A stretch of DNA of 64,000 nucleotides from Catajapyx aquilonaris (Eukaryota), in contig JYFJ02000904.1 of NCBI GenBank assembly GCA_000934665.2, positions 1 through 64,000 on the forward strand, read 5' to 3'. The notes under the pieces were generated by a model. The model was not told the DNA's origin, made no database searches, and saw nothing but the letters and a program-made list of their open reading frames with translations. The position numbers were made by a program, and so were the translations under genes. This document shows, piece by piece, positions 27,201 to 41,800 of the stretch. Every line of letters begins with the position of its first letter. Within the stretch, counting starts at the first letter, position 1.

Positions 27201-30200
27201 GCCTCCCTCACTTTATCAGTCATGCCCCCACAGGTCAATTCCTCGATGCGGGGCCCCTTCTAGAAAATAAAATCATTAGCAAAAATACTTTGAGAGCTTG
27301 GTGGTATCTTGCCTGTAGGACAGAGGTGACTGCAGCCACTAGGTGAGTGCCTCCCCCTACTCTTGAAGCAGCCATCAGTAGTTCCTTCATGTGGACCAAA
27401 GCTTGCTTGCGAGTCTCACCACGACGATACCGCACCTTGGCACAATTCAGGAAGCTCTGGCATGATACCTGAAAGCATATAATCTTGCTAGAATCCCAGC
27501 CCAAAACAACATAAGAGATTCCTTACAGCCTTTTCTGGATGGCTTCCTATAAAGGAGAAGAGCTGTGCCAACAAGGGGCCATGAGGTTTTTCTGTACCAC
27601 TGGCTTGAGACTCCGCTCCCATCATGTCTTGCAAGATGGAGTCACATCCCTGCCATTTGCGGTGGAGTCTCTTGCGCTTCATCCATGGGATCTGGAGTAT
27701 CGAATCATCTGCTGAACCCTCAAGCTCAACTGGGAGGGAGAAGCGATGGCTCACACCTCCATGGGACTTGCCTTAAATCATGATAAAAAGAACACTTTGA
27801 TGACAAAAGTGCTCCCTAAGCATTTCACATCAACGTAACAGATGCAGCCTTTCGATTTGGCGAGCATCAACAATTTACAAGTTCTCAATGTTTAAGTTTA
27901 TTATGTGAAATGCAACTTTTAATAAGTTAATAATACTGGAACCAATTAAAAGTCACTACCACCTTCATTTCCTGGCCATCCAGAGCAGCTCCTGGTCATA
28001 GTCATAAGTGACTGTGATTGGTTGACAAACTTAATGCTAATGGTAACGGTGGCCAGAAGCTCTGCTCTCTCAAGTATCCCTTGCACTAGAGTCCGAGTCT
28101 TCCCCATGGCAGCTGATTTCCCTGGAGATTCATTGTCCTCTACCCACTTTGTGTTGTCTGCTTCATTTTTAAGTCTCTCACTGTTAAGAATGATAGAATA
28201 AAGTAAGTACACTGAAATATTTTGTGTTGAAGGCATGAAATTACCTCAGTTCATTTACAGCTGCTTCCATATTGAGCGGATTAAACTGCACATCTTTCAG
28301 ATAGCATAAAAGAGACAGTTCTTGCAGCTTGGTGTCTGAAAGATGGTAGTCTGCAAAGAATGAGGAGCTGGGTTTTGAAGTTCCCTGCTGGATGTCTAAA
28401 ACTTCATCTTTCCATTTGCATTCCAGCTCTGCCAAAAACTGAAGCCTTCTCACCAGTGCATCCAGTTTCCTGTAATAATTTTTAAGTTTCAAGTTTCAAG
28501 AAAATAACAACTTCAATCAGCCACGGTCAATGAATAACAGCCATTTCTTCCCAGATATTCATTATTCATCCTGACGCGACCCTTGATCATGGTGTTTACA
28601 CTGCAAAGTGATGAAGTTTCTGGTCCTGCCTCTTTAGGTACCACCCATTCAATTTCATATACAGATATTTTTCCTAGGAGTACCCATGTCCCATGAAAAC
28701 TGTTGCTACACTCTGGCAATGTTGGCCAAATGTTGCAAAAAAAAAAAAGTTTCGCCTCCTAGAAACAACCATTTCCATCACAGTGCACACCAATATCAAT
28801 GCTACCCATCACTATTTGCACAGTTGTGCCTCTCTAAAAGCTTGTCAAAAGGCCAGCAATATTACTCTAGAATGTCTAGATTAAATTGTGCATGAATAGA
28901 ACAGCTTAACTAATTCAGGTAATTAGTGTGCATAATTACAAATTAATTTACTAACCTGTATGCCTCTGTGACAACATCTACAAGCAGAAAGTACTCTGGG
29001 GTCCCCCTGTCCTGGTGTTGGCTGAGATCCCTGACAACATCCAGGAGTGAGAAATGTTTCAGAATGGCATATATCACACTCTCTTCTAGTGCCTCAGCTT
29101 GCAACATCTGTGCAATGCTCGCCCGGATCTTGGGTGGCTGAGAGGAGGTCATGTCCCTGAGATGCCTAAGCTGTTCAGCCAGAAGCTTGATCCTAGGCAG
29201 TATTGGGGATGCAGGCCTGCTGGGAGACTTGCTGGCTTCTCCATTTTCTCTGATTGCTGTGGGCTGGTTGGAGTGTGCCCCACCTGACTGCCACTCACAC
29301 CGCTGGAGCAGCTTTGACTGCAGCAGATGGCCACATGCCTCCTCCTCACTTGATATATGTGGGCCTTCATATAAAATATGCAGCATGCAGCATGCCAATA
29401 CAGACAAACCCAGTGCAAGGTCTGCCAGGAAAGGGAGCCCAACAGACACTTCTTCTGCTGATTCCTGTCAATGTAAACAGTGGTTACTGTCCTCATGCGA
29501 ACCATAAAGTGGGGAAAAAAAATTGATACACTTTTCACTGGGCAATAAATTAAGTTCATTACTCATGTAATCCAATTCAGTGCAATGTCTTTTCTACTGC
29601 ATCTAGCAGATTAACAAGTGATCTTGATTTAAACAGTGTTGTTCAAGTATAAGGAGACCAACAATAAAGCACATTGCAAAATAATTTGGCTGTATGAACA
29701 CAAATACACACAAATGAAAGTCGATTTCCCAAAACAGATTCACATTCCAATTGACAATGCTAACCTGTGCTCTGACAGTGACAAGAAAGCCCCACATGGC
29801 TCTGTCTGGTGTGTTGTGCTCTCGCCCACTTCTCATCTCAAAGGAGAAAGTGACTGTGTCACCATCAACTCTTACGAGATCCTTGGGCCATCCAGCCCCA
29901 AGAACACTCCTGCTCCCAAACCCCATGGTGTTGCCTCCATACTCGGCTGCCTTGGTTGAACCTGCATTTGGACCAGCATAAACAACCAATTTATCGTAGT
30001 CGTACTGTGATGAGCAGCGTGGGTCAAAACGCAGATACAGGCACCGGGCACCAGGTATTTGCACCGTCTCCTTGAACTTGTAGTTGTCACGTACTGGATG
30101 AATCGACTCTACTGTCTTGCCAGTTGACCATGGCGCTGGAATCTTTAAACCAGACAGGAATCCAGGCTCCTCCTCCTCAGTGGTTGTGATCTTTGACCCC

Positions 30201-33200
30201 TGCTCAGGAGCCTCAGTTTGTTGCATCTTCAGCACCAATGACGCCTGACTAGTAAGTATCACCAGTTGGACCAACTGTGGCATTAGTTGTTCTGAAGTTG
30301 CGAGGCACTGAAGCCGTGGGTGTGTCATTGAAGTCAGGGTTGTAGGAAGCAGATAGCCAAGCAATGTAGACCTTGATACTTGTTCAAGTGCTTGTAAGCG
30401 TTGCTCACTCTCAGGACCATTCATCACCATGTGTGACACTTTCAGCAGTTCTTCCAGAACCTCAAATGCAGATTCAAAAACATGTGCCACAAATGCAGAC
30501 ACCACATGATGGTACTGTTCTGAGATATCTTCTGCCAATGGACGAGCTAACATACGGCATTGCACAGAACGTAAGTACCGTACACACACTGATGCTGCAG
30601 GCTGCAATGCCAGTGCTTGTTCTAGTTCATTCCAGCTTAGTTGTCCACAGTCAGTAATGGTCATGCATGCTTCTTTGACTGCAACCTTGGGAAGAAAGCA
30701 TACATTTCAAGAAAATTAAGGGCGTTTCGATTAGTAGGAATAGTGATTTTTTTGTTTACTGTATTATAAATACAGAATATTATAAAATTGAAACAAATAT
30801 GAGAAAGCCTTGGCTTTTCAAGGTTTTAATGAAAATTCATTTGTGCATTCATTGGTGGCTTCAGGAAGAAAAAACAAATGAGACCCAAAAGTTGTCCACC
30901 ATTGAGATCTCACTACTATAGTAGATTGTAATTGGCTACATATTATGCAAATGACTTCTAACATATTTTTAAAATAAATATTTGTTTAAATCTAATATGT
31001 TGCTATTCATTTTAGATCTCATATTGATCTATTAATGCTAGGAATTGATATGGCAATTTAATGATCAATTACCTTGAACAGAAAGTGTAATAGATCATCT
31101 GGAACGTCCGTTGGAATTTCACTGGCAGGTGCAGTCAAGGCAAGGCGGTCCGAGTAATCAATTAGCACCAAATCACGTAGATAGGTGACTGTCCCAGATT
31201 CCTTCCCTCCAACAAGCCTCTGAAGAAGCCATGCTTGATCCTGCACCCCAGGGTACAAAACTCCTAACCCTGCTGAAATGCATCTGCAAGCCTCAGCCTT
31301 GGTGCCCATCAGGATACCAAATGCTTCAGAAAGCTCAGCACATTCTGTGTCACACTCTCCCTCAATCAATTTCCACAGCAGCACCTTCAATCGACTTATC
31401 AACTCGGATGAGTTGGCCCCAAATACAGTTGTCTTAAATGTTGCCTGCACTAGCACCAGAATGCATCGGCACTCAACCCATTTAGAGTGCTGGATTGCAT
31501 GTTCCAGTATGTCAAGCACATGTACAAAATGAGACGTGTCAACAAGTTGTACATCCCTAGATGACTCTAATGCCATTTGATGGCAGCTGCTTAAACCAAC
31601 ATGCCGCAACAGGACTGAGCACACTTCAGCTACATCAATGGCCCCTTCTGACACATTCTCATCTCTGATTCCAAGCCTGGCACGAACATATGCTGGAACC
31701 TGATGCCCGGGATTGTGAAACTGGTCTACCCAATCCCCTGATGCAACCCAAATGAAGTTGTTAGCTGGGTCATATGCTGTGCCTATCTGTTGCTGGGCTG
31801 CCCCACGAGCCAGAGCACAGCCAGGAGCATCCAAGAGATCGCATCGACCATGAAACTGTCCATCCTGTGCATAAAAGCTGAAGTTGGACAGAAGGGTGCG
31901 AGAGGAAGCACACATACCACCCGACACCCCAAAAAGGGTGCGTGCAGCAGCTCCTCCAGACTGTCCAGGAGCAGTGGTCAGTATTGTCACATAGGTCCCA
32001 CAGATCAGGATTGGGCTATTGACTAGTGACTTGAAGGAAAGGCCACAACTGGTGGCAGATGCTGGCTCCTGGCTGTTGTTATTGTTGTTATTGGAAGAAC
32101 CTGAAGAGGAGGAGGGGCCACCTCCACCAGTTGAGCCAGTTAAAGCCACCAGAGTGGAAGTGGCCGACCGATAGGGTCGCAGACGAGACAGCAGACTCTC
32201 CCCTGATCCTTTTGGCTGAATGCCATCATCTTTCCGGGTCAGAATTACACGATTTTTGGTGGATCTTGCCTGCCATTCCTCTCCCTGCCAAGAGAAAAAA
32301 ATGTCAGTGAACACTTCCATAATCTGAAAAACGAAAGCACTACAGCTTTCACACGTGAAATGTCATTTATATGCATTTCTGGTATAAAATCTGGCTAACC
32401 AGGTCTTGTATATGCTACAGACATTTCCAACTTGGTGTTTGCTCAGATTAGAAATGTGCACTAACCTTTATCACTTGAAATGAGTCTAAGTAGACTGGTA
32501 GAAGCGCATTCTTTGCTCCCTTATCAACCACAGTTGTGCAGCATCGAATCAAATGAAAGCACATCCCATCTGAGCACAGCTGCACAGTGCAGTGTGGCGC
32601 ATCCATCCTCAGTATTTCTTCACCAGGCGCTTCCACAACACGTCCAATTCTTTGCAAGGTTAGGGGATCCACCACGTTGGCCAAGACAGTGGATTCACCC
32701 TCTCCCTCTCTCAAATCAAAATCATAAGGACGGTGGAGTAGCACACCTTTAGCCCATGCCACAAATCCAGGAGGAAGGGCCAGGTTTTTAGCATAAACAT
32801 ATCCTCTCAGAGTTCCACATAGCCCAGTCCCAATCTTGGACAGGCCACATCCAATCCCATTGGTGGTGTAGAGGTATCGTCCGTCACAAGCAAGGCTGCG
32901 CTTGCATGGCTCTGGATCCTTGTCTTTAGGTTTGGATTCGTCCTTGTCATTCCCACCACCTGCTGCATTTATCATGTCGTCGTAACCCCAGCAAAGGATA
33001 TGCTTGGCACCCAGCAATGCAGGAGGGGTTCCAACACCCCCATCCAGTTGTGTTAATCGTGCTAGGGTGTCACCCACAGGCAGCTTACCTAGGGGCACAT
33101 TCCTTTCACCCTGTAGCAGATGGACTGTCCGGACAAATGTGGGCACTGTTCCTCTGGCACATGCAAGGACCACAAGTGCAGATGCTACTTCATCTACCTG

Positions 33201-34079
33201 ACTTGCACCAGCATCAATCCAAGAGCACAGCAGCCCTTCGAGTCCTTGTAAACAGTCTGGTGGCTCACGGCTCAGGCTCAATGGTGCACAGTCCCGCAGG
33301 CATTGGACTAATAGAGCAGTAGCCACACCACGGAGTTCAGGGTCCCGTTGAGCTTGGGACTGTAGAAGCGGGAATACCAGGAGAAGTGAAACTCTTGAGC
33401 TGAAGTTGATTTGTTCTCCTGGTGGCAGCCCCAAGGCCTTCCGTGACTCATCTGGCAAAGTCGAGTCACTATTCTGACGTCCCCAAAGAGCCTGCGCCTT
33501 CCACAACCCATGAAGTGCATTCAATCTGCAAAACCAAAACGTGAAACATGCGTCAAGTTTGTCCACAGCACAAAGTTCAGAGCTGTCCCCTTGCAGAATA
33601 TGTATATTATTCTACACGTCATTTGAGTATACATTTGATATAGATAAGATTGTACACCTTTATACATACACACTAACACCTATTTGCGTTTACTTGCATC
33701 ATCTAGTGCAATTGAGCTCCCCTGTTCATATCCAGACCCACTGCACATTGCTGTTGAAAACTACCAACCTGTACTCCAGCAGACGTGCATATTCATTGCT
33801 TTGTCGCCGACAAAGCGTGGCTATCCTATTGCACAGTTCCTCCGGTGTCTGTGAGTCCAGGCTGAGCAGCATCTCCTCCAGCTCGTCCCCCAGGTCCCCC
33901 AACTCACAACCTTTGCCGCCCTGTCCGGTAGCCTTCTGCACATCGTGTGGCAACTCCACAAGGTCTGTGACCCGGATGAGTCCATCGTGTAGGAACAGAG
34001 AGTCCTCACTGAGGGACAGCCACTGGGAGGCGGACAGAGGCGAGGGGCATCCCTCCAGTGACGACGGCAGGGTCGACAT
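12274..34079 (-). CDS. HECTD4: Probable E3 ubiquitin-protein ligase HECTD4, multi-exon, with SPRY-like region and C-terminal HECT domain
   Basis: Start MSTLPSS...'QWLSLSEDSLFLHDGLIRVTDLVELP' (exon 34079-33769). Internal motifs 'VESIHPVRDNYKFKETVQIPGARCLYLRFDPRCSSQYDYDKL', 'KVFPIIRRRFRNEAERRDGLEQIRGALQLG' and SPRY-like 'FYWEVEILSFGD'. Last exon 12410-12274 reads 'NPNERHIRVETCLFMIQLPQYSSLEVMTERLLYAIHCRDDPLSG*', containing the HECT catalytic Cys. Not every internal exon boundary was resolved. Confidence 0.95.
16256..16484. repeat. Imperfect inverted repeat (~110-bp arms, ~9-nt loop) in a HECTD4 intron
   Basis: gccgttatcccttcc...tctgcaatggaatcccgctgt...gcattaaca pairs with tgttaatgc...acagcgggattccattgcaga...ggaagggataatggc. 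Confidence 0.9.
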
Positions 34080-35885
34080 CCTCTCTCGTCCCTCACCCCC
34101 AGCCCCAGTACTGCCCTTAGATCCAGTTGGCCGACACAACTGAGGCGATGGGGGGCCGGGGCGAAGGCGGGGGTTCCTACAACACACTCATGTCCACGGG
34201 AGGTATGGAACGACGTACGTCGCACCAGGAGATTGTCAATTGTCGATTTTTTGGAGAGGGAGAAAACAGCTGAGTGCTTCCCAAATCGGGAGTGTTCGGA
34301 ATCTGGCGGACCAACAGGGTGCGTTCGAAAGCCGGATATTTCCATATTTGTGGACCCTGTTGCCGGTTGCAAGTTGCGGTGATGCCAAACTTTGGCTGGT
34401 GCTGATTGGACGGGACTTGAGCGGTTTTTATGACTTGCCTCATAGAGCCATCAAGTGACGTGGTGCTGTCACTGGCTGCTGCTGAAGGCTGAAATCTAAT
34501 TTCAAACCTGGCAAAGTTGCAAAGCCGTTTTGGGTATGCTTCAGGTACAAGGATTCAGATATCATAACTGACATCAGTGCTTCAAAAAATAACCTATCAA
34601 ATTCCCTTGATCATATCTGTATTACATTATTGCATGGAAAACTAAATCATTATCTCTGCATGATTTTTGCATTCAATGTTGGGTCCTTGGTATCATGGCA
34701 AATACCCTGCCCACCCGTATTATTAGTAGCAACTTCCACTACAATGACAGAAATCAAGGCTGAAACCTACCTTTGTGCAATACACACATGGACCATGGAC
34801 CATATAAGCTTTGACATATTCCACCTGGAGAAGGAGAGTGCACCTGTGGCAACATACCACATATGCCCACAAACCAGCTCTCCTCTGCCGTCATATCATG
34901 CCGAGTTGGGTTGCTCTAGCTTCATCACTCCTAGCAGCCATCATGTTGTCTGACATTGTGTTTGTGTAAATGTGAAATTGCTCACTCATTCTGGATTCAT
35001 AACATGAAATCAAAACATAAGTTCAGTCACTGGTGCCTCCAGGCTTGATGTTGCTTTGCAATTATTCCCGTAAGTATCCCATCCCAAATGAAAATCTCTG
35101 ATGAACAGAGTTACATTAATTTCCCCTGAAGCACTCAGATGACTGACCAAGTAAGTTAACTCCCAAAATATCTGAAATATTAAAAAATAATGATGTGTTG
35201 GAAATGAATAACAACATATGGATTTAGATCTACTCAGAAAAATACAACAAAAGCTGTTATTTACAGCTACACACTTGCACTCCTGGTACATTGATTTGTT
35301 TCTGGGATAGAGGCTACATGATTTTTTCGCTGCAAAGCTGGAATGATGTACGTACTGCAGGATATGAATAACATGTATTATGATAATTTCTTTGTCTCTC
35401 TCAGTTATATACAGCCAGAAAAGGGGGAATCCTGATTCACATTCTTTTCAACAAATGGACAACACTGGCATTTCATTCTGAAAATAATGTAACAACCGTA
35501 TGATAACAATGCTTCCACTCACACTTACATGCACACACAGGTCATGATAATTCAAGCACCAAGACAGACATAAAAGTTACAGCAATAAAAAACAGAACAT
35601 ATAAACATCACTAGAAAAAAATATAGCGCCTTTGGTTTCAGAAGTGGACGTGAGGAGTACATAAATTCTGGGTATCAGTTCCAGTTCAAGTTTCCAGACC
35701 AACTGAGAAGCACCAATACATAAACACCCTTCAAAATGTAAATGAAGGATGCCACAAAAAAACACATTACCTCATACTGAACACAGAACAATGAAAATGA
35801 CTGCTCACTTGGGTGCATGTGGAGAAAAAAAGAAGTCTTGGAAAGAGCAGATGATTAGGAAGGAACTAAGAGAACGAATGACAAT

Positions 35886-38800
35886 TCAATCTGGAGTGTG
35901 TGGGATCTCCGTGCTGAAGTAAGGGGGGGTGTCCTTAACAAGAAGGGTGTGACACACATCACACACCCTGGCAGATCGTTTGTTGGGTCCACTCTCCACC
36001 GTGTGGGACAGGCACTCAGTACAGAATATGCGTCCACAATGCCGACAGTGGTGCTGCAAAAAAACACATTTTATATTGAAGCTGGACAAGCACATGTTTG
36101 AGAGACCCCATCAAAAGTTGTTCCACCACCAAAAAGGCAAAATGTTCTGCTTGCTTCATGAAGCAGGGACAAGTAATGAATCACTGGTAATCATAATAAT
36201 CTGTGAAGTTGTAAATCACTTGTACCCACATGACAAATATATAACTTTCATAAAATTCTACAGTATGCCTTTAATCTAATCTCTTGACACTTTAGCCTTG
36301 GAACTCTTTAGGTGAAACAGTCTTACCTTCCTTCGTGTGACATTAAATGCAGACTTGCAGTTGTTGCATTCTTCCACATCATCTTCATGCTGCCACCTAA
36401 GCTCCTTCTCTTCCTCTCGGAGCTTCTCCAGCTGCATTTGCAGGGTCTGGGACAAGCGGACAAAGTCCTTCTGGACAGCCTCGCTGTTGTCCAATTCCTT
36501 TTGCAAGGTGGCTGCCTGGGCCCTCAGTTCTACTATCTCGTTATTTAGTTTTGCCTAGGTACAAGCAAAAATTAAAAGCAATTCTCATAAGAACCAAAAA
36601 ATTAGCTGTATAATCCACTATTTTTCCTCGTGGACTTACAAATCTAATGGGTCGGTAACTTGGGGGGAGAGGGAAGCAAATGCTTCTACTAATCTAATGG
36701 ATTATATGAACCTATGGATCGAAACGCTGTAATTAGATTGAGTACCCACTGAAAGAGATTATATCATAGGCATGCAAGAAAAACACACTAACAAGAAGTA
36801 CAGTATTTTAAAAAATAAAACCATTTCAAGATAATCCAAGGCAAAGATGTGACCTTGCACTTGCATACAGGCTAGACAAGGCAGGATATCCTTGCCCTCT
36901 GACTCATTATGAATCATTATCACTAAATAGACTTCACCAGGTGATACAGCAGTAAAAATGCTAAATTATCAAAACCGGGCTTGGTGAAACCGGCCATGAG
37001 TGTATTTAACTTGCATGCCAAAGTTTTATTCCGCTCTCTCTATCACACACAGTTACCCATTCACTGTGCGTATTGTGCACAGGGTGTATCAGAGTAGGCC
37101 TAACGGGTCAACTTCATATCATGCCTATTTGGCTCACGTAGTACGAGTGTCACACCTCATATTCATAATTATTATACACTGCCAAGTGCATTTACCAACC
37201 TGCTGGTGTCTATGGTCTTCCAGCTGTCTCTGTAGCTCAGCAACAATTTGTTTGTGACGTGACTCCGTGTTTGACAAGCATGACGAGAGTTCCTTGTTGC
37301 TGCTCTCAACTTGCTGCCTTTGCTGCTGCTCATCATCCATTTGTGACCTGATGGACTGCAGAATCCCAACTTCATCTCTGTAAAATTAAAAAAAGTGTCT
37401 TCCAGAACTGAACAATCCATGCAAGTGAGATTGTACTATGGGCGCCAAAAGAATTGACCGGATTTGATGGGTATATGGCGCTATATACCCATCAACTCCG
37501 GTCAATTCTTTTGGCGCCCATAGTACTAGAAGCAGGAGGCCACTCTAAAATGATTTTCCAAGTACATTACTAGAAATTTCCACATTTACATTGGATTACT
37601 GTGCTGCAAAACTTGATCAAATAAATTAAGTATTAATTATACCTCAAGCGATCGATTTCATTGGAGAGCTCCTCCTTCTCTTGGCGTTCCATTATCACTT
37701 GGGACTGGAGCATATAGTTGTCATTGGACATAGTTTCCTTGCAGTGCTCCTTGGCTATCTTCGCAGTTATCAGCTCCTCGCGGTATTTTAGAACCAGCAC
37801 TTGGAGATCCTCCACTGAGTTGGGCAGGTCTATGACTTCATTCTGAAGCTCCTCTGCAGATATCGTGTGCTTTCCTATCAGCATGTCATTTTCTTTCTGC
37901 AACCTGAAAACAAGATGTTTACTTTAACATATCCACTCTCACACTGCATGCAATGAAACACACCTGTCCAGATCTTTCTGCACTTTCTCTCTCTCATAAC
38001 TCAGCTTCTGAACTTGTTTTTGTACTTCGGAAATGGCTTGTGAAGACTCCTGCTGGCATATTTTGAGCAACTTCTCTGCCTCTTCCATACTTCGGCACAA
38101 TTCACTCACCTGCATCAATGCAAAAAAGTACAAGTGAAGGCTTCACATTCCCTGCACAAATATTCCACGATTCACAGCACAACAAATTATCACCTCTTTC
38201 TTGTACTCTTCACCCATGCCATTCCACTTTTCCTCCATCTCTTTCCTGTAGTCCCACTCCTTCACCAGGTCCTCCTTGTACCGATCAACATTATTCTGGA
38301 GCACTTTTCTCTCCTTCTCACTCTCCTTGAGAGCACCGTTGGCCTTATGCAGTTGGCTCTCCCATGATGCACAAGCAACACACCTTTGCCCCACCTTTTC
38401 TCTGGCTCGCCTCACTTCCTCCTGAAGGAGCATCCACTCCCTCTCACTCACCAGGCGCTTGCCTGTTGGGATGCTAAAACTGGAGTAGGAGTTCCGAGCC
38501 AGGTCCATTGTGGCTTTTCGGGCATCCAACTCTGGAGTCATATCTGGAAATTGTAGGTGATAAAAGTCACATCCACAAATTAACAAGACAAAATATTTCA
38601 AGAAAAGAATACTTATTTGCAGCACCTACATACAAATGACAACTAAAAATCTACTGAAAATCTACCTGAAAGAGCTCTATATTGTGCTTCAGTGAGTCCT
38701 GGTAGCTTTTCAGGGCTCCACCTTTGGTGTCCTAAGGAGAGATCCCCTGCTGCCAGTCGTTGTGTAGGATCCTGGAGGCTATCCAAGCTTGGTGGATCTG

Positions 38801-41800
38801 GTATAAAAATATACTCATGAGATGTACAGTCAAACCTCATTAATTCAACATGAATGGGACAAACAAATGTCATGCTGAATTATATTACTTTGAATTATCT
38901 ACAGGTGCCACTGTCACCCCCCATTCCTCTATTCCCATTGTAATGGCCAGAAAACAAAAATGATCACTATCAGCTTGTTTTTTCATATCTGCAGTATTGG
39001 TAGATGATAAAAATTAATATGCCACCCATATAATGCACTTATCACTTCAATTCAGTCCCGATGGTTAAAAACTACATGAATTTGGGAGTACATCATCACA
39101 ATTTGGCCAAGTTACCACCGATAATGTGACACTTTCAGTTTCACATGGAAATACCATGAAAAGCATTCAGCTTGTAAGGACTAGACTGTTCAAACACAAT
39201 ATGCAACATTGGGGCTAATTAGAAGAGACAAAGGTTGATATGGTGCCAAATGGTAATGCTGAAAAATAGTTGCTTCTACGTAGTTGAGCAAATGCATAAT
39301 AAACGCACTGGTCGTCTATTTAAAATTACATGTACAGCTGAATCCGGATATAACAGCCTCGGCTATAACAGACTCGAAAGGCAGGTCCTTGCATACTTCC
39401 ATGCATGGTTTGTGTATTCGGCTATAACAGACCTAGGTTATAACAGACTGATTTCCATGGTTCCTTGAACTCGGTTACATCCAGATTCAACTGTATTTTG
39501 AAGTAAACAAAAATAAATTGTATAACATTGTATTACTGTTGTATTCTTATCGCTACTGATGGGAGGGGAATGGAAATCCCTTCGATTTAAAATGCATTTT
39601 GAATTATCCAATTATTATTAAATGATAATGTTTTATTGCATTATGTTTATAAACATGTAATAAATTGCCAACCTTGTGTTTCTCCAGGTGTCTTTTCCAG
39701 AGCCCCTAAATCTATGGACATCATGGGATCATCAGATGTGAGCAAGTCTAGTGAAGCTGGTGCAATGTCACTAACATCTGCCCCACTCTTCTGAAATAAG
39801 GACAGCAGAAAAATAAACCATTAATATTTAAAAATTTCATTTTGGAAACATTCCAAACATATTTTTGTCATGGCTATCTTAGGCGGTTTTAAATATTTTG
39901 GTCATTGTTAGGATGCATCATCACATTACTTTTACATTTCACACCACATCAGCATAAAGCACAACCACAAAAATGAAATATGATAGCATTGTAAATTATA
40001 AGGTAAATTTTTTTTAAAGACACCACCTCCTTGTTCTCTTGCTCAACCATAGGTATCGGGGAAGTTCTTGCTGGTGATAGTCGTCCAAAAATGGGCGAGA
40101 GTCCCCTTTTCAGTTTGTCCCCCTCTTTATCAGACGTTGGAACCAGCTGCCGTTTGTCCTGAGCCCGCTTCTTGCTCAACTCCTCCTCATCCTTCTGCTT
40201 CATTTCTGACAAAGTAGCAGACTCGTTATTGCAAAACATAAGCTTACTGCAACAGATTTAGCACATAAACAGGTGCACTTTATAGGGATCACACCTGCCA
40301 AGGTCTTGACTTGGTCTGCTGTCAAAAGACCCTGCATCCGGTGCATATCTTGAATCTGCAGCCTCTGTGCTTCTAGAAACTGATCGTTGGCACGCTGCCA
40401 AGTGTGTTTTAGCTCACTATGAGCTCGCCTCTCTTCTTCTAAATGCCGACACATTTCCTTTAATTCAGTTCTGAGGGGGTGGAACAAGCATGTCAATGGC
40501 AAATGTATTTGTCCTCTGCTAAAATTCATACCTAAGGCGATCACAGTCTTCTTGTAGGACTGTTTTCTGTGTGTTAAGGATGGCAACATACATTTCCAGG
40601 TCTGCTCTAGATGCTTTTTCGACTTCTAAATCACTGCTGACTTCCCTCAACTACAAAAGAAAAGTTTTATGATGTTTTCATACAACAGAGAAATCTTCAA
40701 ATAGAATAATTACCTTGTCGTCTAATTCACTGACTACTTCTGATAGTGGCTTTCCTTTTAGCAAATCTCCCACTACTTGTGAGCTTTTGATTATTTTTGA
40801 CTAAAAAAGATGTTCTTGTTAAAAAAATGTCAACAAAAAAACATATGCATGCAAAAATTCTTAGCTCACTTGTGTATTTTCATACATCCGGAGTTGATCA
40901 TCCGCAGCCCTCAACTTATCCTTGAGGGCTTTGATTTCTTCCTCTAAAGGTACAACCAAAGAGCGTAAAACCTCTGCATCTTCTTGAGCCTAGGTGTGGG
41001 GCAGACAAGAAAAGTATTTAAGACTACAAAATTAAATGTCACTGACATACAGTTGCATAAAAATTGATAAATGAGTAATATGCAAAAAGTAGCATGACAT
41101 GAGTCACATTTACGTGGCCAATCATTGAAATTGCAAGATCATAGAAATGCTGTGTATTCCAGAATTGATTAATCACTCTTGTATCTGGGCAAATTCTGCT
41201 GCTCCTGTGATCTTACAACTTAGTCGTTAATAAGTCCCACTATTGTCAAAAAAAATAATTAAATGGGTCTTGCAAGTGTGCATGTAAATTACTGCCACAC
41301 TCTTGGCCACACATGAAGGTGACAGGAGCAACTGAAAATGGGAGCTTGCAAGATTGTGACCAATGTGGATCAAAATAAAATTCTACAGCACAGAGAAAGT
41401 TTTCAACAACTTTTGTAACCAACAAGTAGCAAAGTTTTGGCATCTGCTGTGAACGGGCACTTTTACATAGGAGCAATTCGCTCAGTAATGAGTGAATCGC
41501 TCATATGTAAATGCAGCCTAAGGAATGCACTAGATGGCTAGACGCATGACTTCAGCACTGAGTTAAGATTGCAGTTAATTGAACTACTTAAAAAATTACA
41601 TTGGTATACCATGTGTTTCAAAAATAAGCTTACAATAAAGATGTCAACGATGCTCCTGCATCAAATTGGTATTTCTGAGCCCTATAGTTTGAGTCAGAAG
41701 ACTAACAAAGGTAAGCTTAATTGAATCAGTTGTTTCGAAAACATCCAGAGGGCCATCCCATATTGATTTACAATTTGTCTTTTTGCCACAAAGACAAGGC

